A stretch of 63,812 nucleotides of DNA, the filler included, from Octopus bimaculoides (lineage: Eukaryota): the NCBI RefSeq assembly GCF_001194135.2. It is 6 parts of 5 records of this genome, joined end to end, with 100 filler letters (N's around TTAATTAATTAA, not from the genome) between each part and the next. Parts side by side here need not be neighbours in the genome. Positions count along the whole stretch, not along the records: positions 1 to 24,261 come from NC_068981.1; 5 more parts are not named here. One strand, 5' to 3'. Made by a program: the position numbers and the translations under genes. The first letter of the stretch is position 1. Each line of letters begins with the position of its first letter. Of the stretch, positions 1-10,995 are shown one piece after another. Below the pieces are notes generated by a model that saw only the letters and a list, made by a program, of their open reading frames with translations, was not told the DNA's origin and did no database searches.

Positions 1-54
1 AAAAATACGGACATTATATGATCCGGACAAAAATTTCAAAACATTTCTTTACTT

Positions 55-170
55 ACGGTTACGGTTTTAGGGTAAGGGTTAGAGTTTTAGGGTTACGGTT
101 AGGATTTTAGGGTTAGGGTTAGGGTTTTAGAGTTAGGGTTAGGGTTAGAGCTAGGGTTTTAGGGTTAGTG
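55..170 (+). repeat. Degenerate telomere-like (TTAGGG/TTTTAGGG)n tract
   Basis: Runs of ttagggttagggtt mixed with ttttaggg, ttagag and ttacgg variants; internal position, many mismatches. Confidence 0.8.
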
Positions 171-475
171 TTGGGGAAAAAAGTCCAAATTGAAGAAGTT
201 GGGGGTGGGAATTCACAATGCCGATTTTTGGCAATTTTCCCGAACCTCCGTATCCAAAAACGGGGAGTTTTGGCAAAAAAATATTTTAAATAAACAAATT
301 TGGGAGAAAATGGGGTGGTGAAGGGTGGAAGTCTTTCCAAAATATCATGATTTAACAGCCATCCTTTAAATCTTAAGGAGGTCTTGCAAATGTTTACAGT
401 CCCAGATATCGTGGTCATTTGTAGCTTATGAATTAAAGATTTACATTCGCTCCCCAAGATTCCAAGTTCAGTCAT

Positions 476-514
476 ATGTATGTATGTATGTATGTATGTA
501 TAAATGTATGTATG

Positions 515-599
<85 letters not shown>

Positions 600-600
600 C
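476..600. repeat. Compound (TATG)n/(TA)n microsatellite
   Basis: Direct reading; many similar TA/TG/TATG/GATA tracts occur throughout and are not all listed. Confidence 0.95.
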
Positions 601-1084
601 ATTTAAAAATGGTTTCGCGAACAATAATAATAGTAAGGGAGACCGGGTCTAGTTGTTACACGGGTAAGTTGTTACAAGCCCATTGTTTCCAACTTCAAAA
701 AATAGGTGGCACTCGGGTCTCTACCGCGTGAAGGCCAACTCCATAGCTTCATGACTGCACATGTGTATTGCACTGGCAGGCTGTCACCAGGAAATATATG
801 GCTCAAAAAACGATTATTTGCTCCAAAAGTGAAAATTTGCCACAAAGTTATTTTCTTAACTACTAAAGTACAAGTGGTCTTACTGAAGTAGTTTGTGGCT
901 CATTAGGAAGTGTTGGAAGTTGCCTTCGATACATGAAGGTGCGTCCTGGATGCCATGCATTGCTAGTGCTGTGTACGAGGTAATCCCCAGAAACCCATGG
1001 TCGGGGTTAATTGTTACAGTGTATCAACTTACCCCAGGCATGTAACAACTTACCCCTTCTATTTCAGTTTAACACGCCATTTCT

Positions 1085-1553
1085 AGAAATTACAAAAGGA
1101 AGACTACAAGGGGGATACCCCTCCCGATATCATGGAAAGAGCCACCAGAAAAGTTGTGGATGAAAAGAAATCATTGCCGTAAAACAGCACATAATGGATG
1201 AAATAAACAAACGGAAATCCAAACCAAAGAAGGCAACTGGTACAAAAAAGGCAACAAAAGGGAAGGAAAAGTCAACTAAAACAGGTAAAGGGAAAGGGAA
1301 GCGGCCTCGCAGCAAGCAAGTCACCGATTGGAAATGCCTTGTCTGCTCAGATTGGTATTCCAATTCCCTTCCAGGTGAAGAATGGGTGCAATGCATGATC
1401 TGCAAAGACTGGGCATACACTGACAGTATCGATGGACGACAGGACTTTCTGTGTCATCTGTGTGGTGAGAAGTTAATGGAGGACGATCCCGACTTGATGG
1501 CACATGTAACAATGGGGAAATTGGCTGATGAGGACTCTCAGTATCACAGTTAG
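1085..1553 (+). pseudogene. pogo/CENP-B-like transposase remnant: N-terminal psq-type HTH start joined to basic linker and C-terminal PHD-like finger; DDE core absent
   Basis: Frameshifted RNYK-RKTTRG / TPPDIMERATRKVVDEKKS followed by ORF 1194-1553 with CLVCSDWYSNSLPGEEWVQCMICKDWAY...FLCHLC, a C-terminal motif typical of DDE_1 pogo-like transposases. Confidence 0.7.
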
Positions 1554-1826
1554 GATATGAGGTGGTTCAAAGCACAGTTAATTAATTAAAATAATACTTC
1601 CTAGATGCAAGAAGCAGGAGACGTATTCATTTTAAACGTGTTTGTTAACATAATTCCGAGTTATCGACAGTTGTAACAAAGTACCCCAGTAAGTGTCACA
1701 ATGTACCTCGCACTCGGGGAAAATTGTTACAGCTGACACCAGCTCATTAATTAGAACCTGTCAAATTAATGTTATGTAATTTCTGTTTTTTGCTGGTGAG
1801 AACAATAAATAGAAATGTTTTACTAA

Positions 1827-2051
1827 AAGATGGCGGCGAGCTGGCAGAATTGTTAGCACGCCGAGCGAAATGCTTAGCAATATTTCGTCTGCAGTTACGT
1901 GCTGAGTTCAAATTTCGCCGAGGTCGACTTTGCCTTTCATCCTTTCGGGGTCGATAAATTACGCACTGGGGTCAATCTAATCGACTTAATCCCTTTGTCT
2001 GTCCTTGTTTGTCCCCTCTATGTTTACCCCCTTGTGGGCAATAAAGTAATA
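1827..2051 (+). mobile_element. SINE-B (tail type 1) inserted into the pogo element, 16-bp TSD
   Basis: Head ggcggcgagctggcagaa, B-box gagttcaaa, tail ccccttgtgggcaataaag; agaaatgttttactaa at 1811-1826 and 2052-2067. Confidence 0.9.
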
Positions 2052-2630
2052 AGAAATGTTTTACTAATTAAATCTGAAAAGAAACTTCAGCTGTGTTCAT
2101 TTATGTGGGTGCCACGGCAAAAAAATGTAACAACTTAACCCGGTCTCCCCTAGTCAGTATATTTGGTAGAATGAATATATTTTTTATAATATAGCAGATA
2201 AATATTATTACAACTCCACGACCTTTTGTTTCATGTTAAATAGAGCATTTAGCCGAGGGATGCAATTCGAATGGTATTTTTTATTTAAGTGTTCTTTATC
2301 TCTAGTAGCTCTATCATATTGCAATGCAAGATAATCTATACACATCATAACAAAATACACCACATCCGTACACGTGAGTATGCCGGCAGGGCGGGTGTGT
2401 ATATAAGCACGTGTGTACGAATATGCGCGCATCTGCGTACACTTGTACGTGTGCATATGAACTTGCTACCCGACATCCCCCTCTACCGAGAGAAGGTTGA
2501 AAAGCAAAGTCAACAAAAGAGAGATATGTATTCAGAAGAATAAATAAATTAGAACATATTTCGGTTCGGTAGGGTATTTTATTTGGCACCCTTTTCGATT
2601 CTGCCAATCGACCGCCACTCCACAGCCATA

Positions 2631-2708
2631 GATAATAATGATTTCTTTATTAACCACAAGGGTTTACATTAAGAAAAACATTAAGGACAGCTCAGGGCAA
2701 AACAAAGG

Positions 2709-2748
<40 letters not shown>

Positions 2749-4410
2749 NNNNNNNNNNNNNNNNNNNNNNNNNNNNNNNNNNNNNNNNNNNNNNNNNNNN
2801 NNNNNNNNNNNNNNNNNNNNNNNNNNNNNNNNNNNNNNNNNNNNNNNNNNNNNNNNNNNNNNNNNNNNNNNNNNNNNNNNNNNNNNNNNNNNNNNNNNNN
2901 NNNNNNNNNNNNNNNNNNNNNNNNNNNNNNNNNNNNNNNNNNNNNNNNNNNNNNNNNNNNNNNNNNNNNNNNNNNNNNNNNNNNNNNNNNNNNNNNNNNN
3001 NNNNNNNNNNNNNNNNNNNNNNNNNNNNNNNNNNNNNNNNNNNNNNNNNNNNNNNNNACTAACAAAAATTATTTTAAATAAAAGGAAAGAGAGAATTCAA
3101 CAATGTGTAATCCTCAATAGGGAGGAGACGTTCGAGGGCTACTCATGGAAAAACCTCATAAAAAAAACATGAGTACTTTGACTTTTGGAACATGTGCCTT
3201 TCTTTCCTCTCCTTTTTTCCATCTACAAGCGTATGCTCGGGGCAGGCCCGTTCACTTACCCCATTCTCACCACTTTTATCCACCTTTCAGCAAACTGGCT
3301 AGAAGACAACACTTCCCTCTCTACCCTTATTTTCCTTTTTAAGTGAAAATTGAAGAAGTTCTTCAGGGATTGGCCAAAGAGAAAAGTGTTCGTCTTCAGC
3401 CATACAACCTCTTTCGCTATGGCCACCAGACATATAAAAACAACTTTTCCTTCCCGGTTAAAGGAAGTCGGCGGAGCGATCTTCACGATGGATTCAGTTG
3501 ACAGCCGGATCCGTCCCACACCCGACAGCAAGTGTTCGACATAAATCCACAGGTCAGGCATTGGACGAGTGCATGCAGGGACCGTCTCATCGTCCAGCGC
3601 ACATCTCTGACATGTTCGGCTGACAGCACTTTCGTACCTGTAAAGTTTATCTCGAATAGGCAAAGCTTCCCGGTAGCACTACCAGGACAGATATTTTTGG
3701 AAATTATCCATCGGTCCCGGCCAGAAAGTTCTCCTGAAAAGAGCAACTAGCTGATCTTCTCCGACACCCAAGCTCTCCCCAAGAACGTCGTCACACTTTT
3801 CCTCCACTAATCTTCTATAAAATACTAAAGCGGACGTTCCACCTATCGCACTGGCTGAGGGCTGTGAGTGCTTGAAAACATTCTACTTTCCAAAAGCTCC
3901 ACTTCGTTCTCTGTTTTACTCAGGACTGCATCTCCGTTAAAGAAACTAGTTGCGGAAATACGCGTCTGGCGAACGGCGAACGGCGAACGGCGACCACACT
4001 TGTTCACCATCAAGGAAGCACAGGAGATGTCGTAACCTCAGCGCATATCTGTGCATCATCAACCACGGCATGCCCAGGCCACCATGCAGCGGGTACTGAC
4101 AGCAGATAGACCGCCTGATTATCGGGATGCGTCCCTTCCACAAAAAGCGGAAGGTATACGCTCCAGTGTAATCAGACTCTGGCTAGGCCAAGGCACGACG
4201 GTCAAGCGATAGTAGATGACGGACGTGATATATGCGTTAGCCATCCCTGCTCGACCTCTCAGGCGTAGCTTTCTCTCGGCCCATTTCTGGGTAAGATTAG
4301 TCACCCTGCTCGTTACCTCGTCCCAGTTTTTGTCCATATGAGGTCCGGACCGAACCAGATCCTGAACAATTTAACCGGACTGTCCGTCCAGCGCCCAAGA
4401 TCTGTTGAAA
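2631..4410 (-). mobile_element. 5'-truncated L1/Tx1-clade LINE (ORF2 thumb and C-terminal Cys domain, 3' UTR interrupted by a gap)
   Basis: Minus-strand peptides WFGPDL..KNWDEVTSRV..WAERKLRLRGRAGMANAYITSVIYYRL and CQRCALDDETV; 3' end cccttgtggttaataaagaaat+cattattat at 2662-2632. Confidence 0.8.
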
Positions 4411-4790
4411 TAAGCGCCAAGTCCCTCTCAATTCACGCTCTACTCTCTTAAAAAAGGGTCATACACATACAAGATGTAGTTTTGCATCCATTTTACTATA
4501 AACAAATACAAGATGAGTCCATTTCGAACACCATTGAACATAGGTCTGCTCAGTCAGGATTGAACAAGAATGTCTTTCCTCAGGTACCGATTCGAAATTC
4601 TGTGTTTTCTCGCGAATTCCTCTGCTCTATAAAATGAGCATCTATCTTACGTAATTGGTAGTTTTCGTGTGCACTAAACTGAGTTTTGGATAGCAATAAA
4701 ACATTTTTCGCTCAGTTGGATAGGATCATTGGAGGAAGAAATCGTCAAAGAACATTATAGGCTACTCCCGTTGGGAGTTTGAACTGCGCC

Positions 4791-5194
4791 TCTTTCTTTT
4801 ACTTGTTTCAGTCATTAGACTACAACTATGCTGAATCAACCTCAGTACCTTTTTTTAAAACCAGGTATTTATTCCTTCGGTCTCTTTTGCCGAAATGCTA
4901 GTTTACGGTGATGTAAACACGCCAACACCGGTTATCAAGAGGTAGTGGAGAACAAATACAAACACAAAGCTTCTTCCAGTTTCTGTCTACTAAATCCACT
5001 CACAAGGCTTTGGTCGGGTCGAGGCTGTAGTAGAATACACGAGGCTGTAGTAGAATACACGAGGCTGTAGTAGAATACACGAGGCTGTAGTAGAATACAC
5101 GAGGCTGTAGTAGAACACACTTCAGTCACCCGGGACTGAACCCAGTATTGTGTGGTTGGGAAGCAAACCTTACTGCACATCCACACCTGCGCCT
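4791..5194 (-). mobile_element. SINE-A (tRNA-derived), degenerate full length
   Basis: Reverse complement of the family seen at 49414-49830; ctgcgcctcttt flanks both ends (4784-4795, 5187-5198). Confidence 0.8.
5021..5120. repeat. 20-bp x5 tandem repeat inside SINE-A
   Basis: GAGGCTGTAGTAGAATACAC four exact copies plus one with a single substitution; no spacers. Confidence 0.97.
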
Positions 5195-6780
5195 CTTTAA
5201 AGTCAATTTCTTTAAAAACCTTTCTATACGTTCGCTCTGTCTGTTTGTGTCGAATGTATTCCAATACTCGCCTTCCTTACAGCTGGGTTTGTTGTTATTT
5301 GTTATGCTCATCAGTCTTACTGTCTCTGCTGGTGCTGTTGCTGCTGATTTATTTTTGTCATTGTTGTCACTACTGTTGTGACTGATCATACTGCTGTACT
5401 GTTATTCTTGTTGTTTAGTCCCAGGTCATCTTTGATTGAACAGGCCTATGATCAAAAACACGTTCCCCACTTTTTTACACATATGTGTCCAACGTTTCCT
5501 TTGTCAAGGCGACAAGGTGTAATTTGAGGGAAATTTGTCAATAATTTCTAACTGATTGAGCAACCGCGGAGAGACTATTTCATTGGTTCGTGTTGTTCTT
5601 GTGTTTGCTGTTACTTTCATCCTCAATGTGAACGGGATTTTTTGTCTTTTTTTTTTTTTTTGTTAGTGATACCTTATTCCTCTCTCATGCCAAAATACCA
5701 GAATTACCTAATGGGAGCTTACCACTTACGCTACAACGCTTGCTGAATTACCTATTCTCTGTTGCAGAAATAAGATATGGGTTCGATGCCTTACTAAATA
5801 AAATTTCTGTTCTGAAGGATATAGTCATTAAAATTGAAGTAACGTGTACTTTTCGTCAGAAGAAAGACCTTAACGAGCATAGATTACATATATCGGGGTA
5901 TTTTGCTAAGAGATAAGTCAGTTCCCATTGAGCTGTCGCTTTGAATTAGTCTCCAGTCTCGGTTGTACCCATTTCATTTCAATTACTTTCTACACATACT
6001 GTGAAAAAAAAAAAAAAACGTCTTCCCTTTATATATTTGACGCCCATTACCCCGCCCGAAAACATCTGATGCCCGCCTATTTATTTATGTATCAAATAAT
6101 TAGAACCAAATAACGATTGTTAAAATATTTATTGATTTTAATAATTGTGTAGTTATATTTCTAGAGCATGTGCAATTGTATTTAAGATACCCTGTTGGTC
6201 TGTGTTCGCCGCTTTCTTTCTTAAACTGTAATTTTGGTTCTTTGTGTTTATACAACATTCCCTGCCTTTGCTAAGATTCTCTCAATATCATAAATGAAGT
6301 AATGAAACAATTTTCGTATTATCACACGATCCAGCTCATATAGAGTTCACAAGGAGAAACTATGACAATTAATTTAGGCTTTATGCTTTTAAGAAAACTA
6401 TACCTCTATATAAGATCTTTTTCCCCGTACACTTCGTTATAGAATTAGTCTTTGTTCCTTGCCATATTCACTCGTTGTATTTTACAGTTCTCTTGCAGTC
6501 ATAAACTCTACATCTATGATCATGTGTTGACATTTACAGCCGGTTCTTATCTCACATAAAAATAACTCTTCATTTTAAATCCTTTTTTTATCGGTTGTAC
6601 ATACTTATCTGACTCAATGAAATTTCTCCTAGGGATGGACGCATCATTGTTACAATTGTTTGCTATGACAGACCTTTGTCTATTTCGTAATTTTTTTTTT
6701 TTTTCATCATATCAACCATTTCGTTTTTCAACGTTTTTTCGTACTCTTTTTATTTCTGTTTTCATTATTTAAGCCTTGAA

Positions 6781-6970
6781 GGCGACGAAGTGGTAAAATC
6801 GTTAGTACACCGGACAAAATGCTTAGCAGCAATTCGTCCGTCTTTACGTTCTTAGTCCAAATTCCGTCGCGGTCGACTTTACCTATCATCCTTCTGGGTC
6901 GGTAAATTAAGTACAAGTTGAGCACTGGGGTTGATGTAATCGACTTCACCACCCCTCAAAATTGCAAAGC
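6781..6970 (+). mobile_element. SINE-B, degenerate (tail type 2)
   Basis: ggcgacgaagtggtaaaatcgttag...ggtcgactttacctatcatcc...taatcgactt. Confidence 0.75.
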
Positions 6971-8094
6971 CATCTATCAGAATGAAAAAAACAAGGGTTA
7001 TTTAGGTTCCCAAAGCCGCGATCGGGTAGAATCTTTAGCGATCTCGACTTCACCNNNNNNNNNNNNNNNNNNNNNNNNNNNNNNNNNNNNNNNNNNNNNN
7101 NNNNNNNNNNNNNNNNNNNNNNNNNNNNNNNNNNNNNNNNNNNNNNNNNNNNNNNNNNNNNNNNNNNNNNNNNNNNNNNNNNNNNNNNNNNNNNNNNNNN
7201 NNNNNNNNNNNNNNNNNNNNNNNNNNNNNNNNNNNNNNNNNNNNNNNNNNNNNNNNNNNNNNNNNNNNNNNNNNNNNNNNNNNNNNNNNNNNNNNNNNNN
7301 NNNNNNNNNNNNNNNNNNNNNNNNNNNNNNNNNNNNNNNNNNNNNNNNNNNNNNNNNNNNNNNNNNNNNNNNNNNNNNNNNNNNNNNNNNNNNNNNNNNN
7401 NNNNNNNNNNNNNNNNNNNNNNNNNNNNNNNNNNNNNNNNNNNNNNNNNNNNNNNNNNNNNNNNNNNNNNNNNNNNNNNNNNNNNNNNNNNNNNNNNNNN
7501 NNNNNNNNNNNNNNNNNNNNNNNNNNNNNNNNNNNNNNNNNNNNNNNNNNNNNNNNNNNNNNNNNNNNNNNNNNNNNNNNNNNNNNNNNNNNNNNNNNNN
7601 NNNNNNNNNNNNNNNNNNNNNNNNNNNNNNNNNNNNNNNNNNNNNNNNNNNNNNNNNNNNNNNNNNNNNNNNNNNNNNNNNNNNNNNNNNNNNNNNNNNN
7701 NNNNNNNNNNNNNNNNNNNNNNNNNNNNNNNNNNNNNNNNNNNNNNNNNNNNNNNNNNNNNNNNNNNNNNNNNNNNNNNNNNNNNNNNNNNNNNNNNNNN
7801 NNNNNNNNNNNNNNNNNNNNNNNNNNNNNNNNNNNNNNNNNNNNNNNNNNNNNNNNNNNNNNNNNNNNNNNNNNNNNNNNNNNNNNNNNNNNNNNNNNNN
7901 NNNNNNNNNNNNNNNNNNNNNNNNNNNTACCGACCTTGTCACATACTGGTTTCACATTTTGGTACAAGGCCAGCAATTTCGGGGGAGGGATAAGTCGAGC
8001 CATTTGTTTTACCTTGTTTAACAACGTAATTGCTCTAGTGACAGAAACAGTAGATTAAGAGTTTTAATACTTTGCAATAATCTTTACATTTTAA

Positions 8095-8310
8095 GGCGGC
8101 GAGTTGGCAGAAACGTTAGCACGCCGGGCGAAATGCTTAGCGGTATCTTGTCTGTCTTTTCGTTCTGAGTTCAAATTCCGCCGAGGTCGACTTTGCCTTT
8201 CATCCTTTCGGAGTCGATAAAATAAGTACCAGCCGAGCGCTGGGGTCGTTGTAATCGACTTACCCACTCCCCCGAAATTATTAGCTTTGTGTCAAAATTT
8301 GAAGCCAATA
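8095..8310 (+). mobile_element. SINE-B (tail type 2)
   Basis: ggcggcgagttggcagaaacgttagcacg...gagttcaaattccgccgaggtcgac...gtgtcaaaatttgaagcc. Confidence 0.9.
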
Positions 8311-8823
8311 ATCTATACATTCTGAGTAAGAGAGTGTCAACCAGGGATTGAGACTGTGTCATTCTTTTTACTACATTGCAACACGAATATATTTTTCGAG
8401 CATGTGCACAAGGCCACATAGTTTTAAAGGGTTGACTCATTAGAGCCTGTTCCCATGTTCTGGTATTCCCAGAAGAATTACAGATACTGGGGCTCAGTCC
8501 CAATGACATCACTTCCTTGTGAGTATGTGGCCTTGAGCTAATATTAGAAATATATATTCATTTATTCATGTACAGTATAGTAAGTAACATAGAAGATGAA
8601 TAATGCAGTTTCTGTCTTGGATTGACACCTTTCACTTCCCTTGCATCACTAATGTCATTTGAATAGGCATGAATTAGATTTTATCATTTTTATCTCATTT
8701 TAAATAGAAAACGCCTATGCTTTGTCAAAGATAAGCCATACTCTTGAGCAATTTTTACACAGTGCAATCTTGTACAGTTACTCTCCAGTTTAAAACTTAA
8801 ATAATATTTTCCTTTCTTCTTAT

Positions 8824-9390
8824 GGCGGCGAGCTGGCAGAAACGTTAGCATGCCGGGCGAAATGCTTAGCGGTATTTTGTCTGCCGTTACGTTCTGAGTT
8901 CAAATTCCGCCGAGGTCGACTTTGCCTTTCATCCTTTCGAGGTCGATAAATTAAGTACCAGTTACGCACTGGGGTCGATGTAATCGACTTAATCCGTTCG
9001 TCTGTTCTTGTTTGTTCCCTCTATGTTTAGCCCCTTGTGGGCAATAACGAAATAGGTATTTCGTCTGCTGCTACGTTCCACCGAGGTCGACTTTACCTTT
9101 CATCCTTTCAGGATCGATTAAATAAATACCAGTTACGCACTGGAGTCGATGTAATCGACTTAATCCGTTTATCTGTCCTTGTTTGTCCCCTCTGTGTGTA
9201 GCCCCTTGTGGGCAGTAAAGAAAATCCCCTTGTGGCAAAATAAAAAATTTGCGAAATGCTAAACGATATTTCGTCTGTCTTTACGTTCTGAGTTTAAATT
9301 CCGCCGAGGTCGACTTTGCCTTTCAACCTTTCGGAGTTCAAAAATTAAGTACCAGTCGCGTACTGAGGTCGATCTAATCGACTGCCCCCC
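8824..9390 (+). mobile_element. Cluster of three SINE-B copies (one full, two 5'-truncated)
   Basis: Full copy 8824-9055, partial repeats starting about 9056 and 9250, all containing ccgaggtcgacttt. Confidence 0.85.
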
Positions 9391-9414
9391 CCCTCCCCAC
9401 TTTACAGACACGTT

Positions 9415-9635
9415 GTTTCGAGTTCAGTCCCACTGTGCAGCATCTTGGGTGTCTTCTACTATAATCCTAGACCGACCAATAACCTATGAGTGTATTTAGT
9501 GAATGGTAACTGTGCANNNNNNNNNNNNNNNNNNNNNNNNNNNNNNNNNNNNNNNNNNNNNCAATGTATTCGACTAACCCATTAAAGTGTTGCTCCAGCA
9601 TGGCTGCAGTCCAATGACTAAAACAAGTAAAAGAG
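9415..9635 (+). mobile_element. SINE-A fragments spanning a gap
   Basis: gagttcagtcccactgtgcagcatcttggg... and tail gctccagcatggctgcagtccaatgactaaaacaagtaaaaga. Confidence 0.7.
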
Positions 9636-9692
9636 GCAAAGAAATTTTCCTTTTAGATACATTTATTTCAGATATTATAAATTACTTTAAAC

Positions 9693-10175
9693 CAGTGGCT
9701 CTTAACCATTTTTTATCTTTTTTTATTTTTTGTATCGCTCCACAACCTTTAAGTAGCTGTTTATGCCTAATACCCACCTAAGTAGCGAGTGAGGTATCAC
9801 GACTAAAGTAATTTAACATGGATAATGATTTATAAATTTTACTCTAAAAATGGATCGTATAAGCTTTTAACAGTGAAATAATAAAAAAAATTAATAAAAT
9901 CAAAAAGTTGTAAATTTACTTTATACATTGCAACTTAATGGCTGGCTTGTGCCTGATGAGATCTCATTTCATTTTAATAACCATTACTAGTTTTATCATG
10001 TGTAATATAATTATTACTATAGGTAAAAATTAGTATATTAATATGTTATCTCGCCGCGCCCTAAAGCCTTACGCCCCCTTCGACATGCCCATCGCCCCCT
10101 TCGACATGCCCATCGCCCCCTTCGACATGCCCATCGCCCACTTTGGGACGATACCGCCCACATTGAGAACTTCTG
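9693..10175. mobile_element. Putative hAT-type MITE
   Basis: Left end CAGTGGCTCTTAACC, right end cgcccacattgagaacttCTG; flanking 8-mers ctttaaac/cttaatcc match only partly. Confidence 0.5.
10072..10134. repeat. 21-bp x3 GC-rich tandem repeat
   Basis: CGCCCCCTTCGACATGCCCAT three exact copies. Confidence 0.95.
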
Positions 10176-10629
10176 CTTAATCCCCAAATACCTTCCATTT
10201 TCAGCAACGCACAACCAAACCATTTCATTTCTAGGTAATATCCCGTGACAACTTATGATGTATCTGTCTCCAATAACAATTTCTTGTCAAATATAATTCT
10301 TCTGTTCCTAGAGTATTTGGAGATCGTTTACATAAAGTTTTTTTTTAAGAAAACCACCAAAAAACAAAAAAAAATCAGAAGCAGTCAAATAATCTGAAAT
10401 AGAAAGTGACTTTAAATATTTTGATGTGAGATAAGCATTGCATGGTAAATAAGTAAATAAATAGGTTCGTTGTTGTTAAAAGCAGGGTTATAGTGTCCTT
10501 GATCTTTATAATCAGACAAAGAATTAATTGATTGGTGCGTTGCCAAGTCAAGGTCCACAAAAGAGTCTCTGACAGAATAAACTGGAATATGTTCCGTTTG
10601 TTTGAAAGACTGCAAATACCACTAACGAT

Positions 10630-10995
10630 ATCTAACGGCAGTTATCATCTGCCTTGACGTTCTGAATTCAATTTCTGCCGAGGTCGACTTTGCCTTTCAT
10701 CCTTTCGGGGTCGATAAAATAAGTACCAGTTAAGTATTGGGGTCGTTATAGTCGACTCCACCCCCACCCACAAAAACCGCTGTTTATTGTCGTCAAGGCG
10801 GTGACCTGGCAAAATCGTTCGCACGTTGGACAAAATGTTTAGTGATATTTCTTCTGGTACTTTACGTTCTGAGTCCAAGTTCTGCCGAAGTCGACTTTGC
10901 CTTTCATCTTTTCAGTGATCGATAAAATAAGTACCAGCTGAACACTGGAGTCGATGTAATGGACTAAAATTGCTGGCCTTGTACCAAAATTTGAA
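10630..10995 (+). mobile_element. Two tandem SINE-B copies
   Basis: Two ccga(g/a)gtcgactttgcctttcatc cores at about 10678 and 10886. Confidence 0.8.

Larger units (their letters stand above)
636..2150 (+). mobile_element. Internally deleted pogo-type (Tc1/mariner superfamily) DNA transposon
   Basis: 25-bp TIRs AGGGAGACCGGGTCTAGTTGTTACA (636-660) and its reverse complement at 2126-2150 (22/25 identical), TA on both flanks (634-635, 2151-2152), repeated subterminal gttgttaca/tgtaacaac motifs, transposase remnants inside. Confidence 0.85.

Noticed and set aside
119-475. 118-aa minus-strand ORF as a gene
   Set aside because: No recognisable domain, and it ends in telomere-like repeat translation
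1525-1532. CTGATGAG as a hammerhead core (also 9953-9960)
   Set aside because: No downstream GAAA or supporting stems
5021-5120. CRISPR-like array
   Set aside because: Contiguous units with no spacers, derived from SINE sequence, in a eukaryotic context; the same applies to 10072-10134
6918-8024. Long ORFs spanning N runs (also 2638, 12644, 21426, 43458, 48356, 55465)
   Set aside because: Open only because N codons are not stops
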